Shown here: positions 62,413 through 64,000 of the stretch, in pieces
Layout of the letters: every line of letters starts with the position of its first letter
How positions within the stretch are numbered: position 1 is the stretch's first letter
Origin: Phaeosaccion multiseriatum
Taxonomy: Eukaryota; Protista; Ochrophyta, other classes
Direction: 5' to 3'
NCBI GenBank assembly: GCA_965112735.1
Contig: OZ218952.1
Coordinates: forward strand, 1,178,001 to 1,242,000
Length of the DNA: 64,000 nucleotides
Notes under the pieces: model-generated
Database searches by the model: none
The model's input: the letters and a program-made list of their open reading frames with translations, nothing else
Told to the model about the DNA's origin: nothing
Position numbers and translations under genes: made by a program

Positions 62413-64000
62413 CAGTCCTATAGGCAACCGCAGCCACAGATGGACCCTCGCAAGGCCGCGCAAACCCTCTATGCCCAGCAGCTGGAGCAAGATATTCGGG
62501 CAAAGGCCGCTCTGCAGCAGCTGCAGCGTCCCACGCCACCCCAGCAGCAGCTGCAGCAGCAGCCAGTGACTGGTGGAGGGGGAGGAGGAAGGGCCTTTGC
62601 AGAGCTGGGGGGCGGGGCAGATCACATGCGAGAGGCGCAGCTTCGAACCATTCAGCAAGCGCAGCAACACCAGCAGCAGCTGCAGCAGCAGTACATGCAG
62701 CAGCAGCAGCAGTTGGTGATACAGGGCAGGTCCCGTGATGCCCAAGTGGCGGCGCTGCAGGCCACCAATGAGGCTCCTGTGGGCCGAGGACAGCTTGGGC
62801 CTGGATGGGAAATTGGGCCTCTGGGACAGCCTGTGAGGAAGGAGATGCACGCAGGCAATCGCCACGACCAGAAGCGAGGCTACGAGGCGGTGGAGCAGGG
62901 CCTGCCTCTCCCCAACGCATTCGCCACGGCCATGGGCGTCCCACAACACACACACCAGTACCTCGGGGGTACGTCGGACGAGCCCCTCGCTGCCACCCTC
63001 GCTGCCACGCTTGCTGCTTCTGCTGGTGGCGGTGCTCCTGGTGCGGAGACTGTGGGAGGAGGAGGAGGAGGAGGAGGAGGGGGGGGGGTTGGGGGAGGTG
63101 CCGGCAGAGGGTCAAGGGGGGGGGGGCTTGATGACTTGATGGGCATTGACCGCATGGAGAAGCAAGCTCGTGCGACGGCGATGAACGAGCTTCTGCAGCA
63201 GCAGATGCGCGAGGCGGCGGACCGAAAGAAGGTGAGGGAGGGAGGGAGGGAGGGAGGAAGGGGGGAAGGGAGGGAGGAAGGGAGGGAGGAAGGGAGGAAG
63301 GGAGGAAGGGAGGAAGGGAGGGAGGGACAGAGGGAGGGAGGGAGGGAGGGAGGGAGGAAGCGAGGAGTGGAGGGAGAATTCTTGTGAAAGGAAATGGAGG
63401 GGCGCGTTGTGTTAGGCTTGTACTGCATCATCCGAGTCCTTCTCGGCTCCTTTTGCCTCCCTCGTCCCGCCCCCCCTCTCCGACACACCCGTCCACTCGC
63501 TGCGTGCTTGCGTGCACTCCTCCAGCTGGACAAGGAGAAGCGAGACGCAGAGGAAAGGGCGGACAATGAGCGAATCGAACGCGAGCTGAAGGAGATTGAG
63601 GACCAACGGAAGGAAGAAGACCGCAAGGAAAAGGCGCTGAAGGAAGCAAAGCTCAAGGAAGAAGATGAGGCGAGGCTCGCATTGAGAAAGAAGCTGGCCG
63701 CTGAAGAAGAGAGGAAGCGAGCAGAGCAAGAGAGGAAGGAGGAGGAGCGGCTTGAGCGAGATAGGAGAGAGCTGGCAGCGGCGGAGGCGGCGGAGTTGGC
63801 GGCAGAGGCGAGGAGAAGAGCAGGGCAGCTCCTCCCGGCTGCTGCGGTTGGACCTACTGGTGCTCAGCGAGAGCCTTCTCAGATGCCAGAACAACATCAG
63901 CAACTACATCGGCCGTTGGAAAACCCGCCCCACGGCCCGCATCAGGTCCGGCAGCAGCATCACGGAAGTGTGGTCGAGGAGCAGCAGGAGCAGCAGCAGC
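60346..64000 (+). CDS. Unknown Gln-rich protein with 9 helical repeats and a CCDC66/CSPP1-like coiled-coil segment; continues past window end
   Basis: 2.9-kb open exon 1 (donor near 63232) and exon 2 from 63526. Repeats DPKxxYAxQLxRDExVAEAxRAAE. Segment MNELLQQQMREAADRKK|LDKEKRDAEERADNERIERE. Confidence 0.8.

Noticed and set aside
1-64000. CRISPR arrays, tRNA or rRNA genes
   Set aside because: No regularly spaced repeat-spacer array, cloverleaf or rRNA-like sequence was recognised by eye.

Overview
Eukaryotic nuclear DNA: GC-rich, gene-dense, with many short GT-AG introns full of microsatellites. It most likely comes from a flagellated photosynthetic stramenopile (ochrophyte). Three genes have bipartite signal+transit presequences with an ASAFAP-like Phe, ribosomal P1 has a stramenopile-type tail, and a CCDC180-like flagellar gene is present. 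I can support 15 protein genes, mostly in tight head-to-head pairs: CCDC180-like/YjbQ, inhibitor-2/glyoxalase-like, Mpv17-like, JmjC/PRMT9-like, TOM1-like, BTAF1(Mot1), ASNSD1/bL28m, multi-cNMP-binding protein/Ycf29-like response regulator, and RPLP1/an unknown repeat protein. A small mobile-DNA patch at 10.9-12.6 kb holds an ankyrin relic, an RLE-type non-LTR retrotransposon fragment and a 30-bp-TIR MITE. The most unusual unexplained signals are DNA-level motifs. (1) TATCACCAA (consensus GCTGTATCACCAACTG) occurs 10 times perfectly, always in exons, in four genes, in both orientations and three reading registers. (2) A GATAGC-rich palindromic module and a 14-mer ATTAAGTCAATAAA recur in intergenic or promoter DNA. 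(3) A 10-bp CCACTGCCAT unit is oriented according to its position within introns. Exon boundaries and motif counts were read by eye and no database search was possible.
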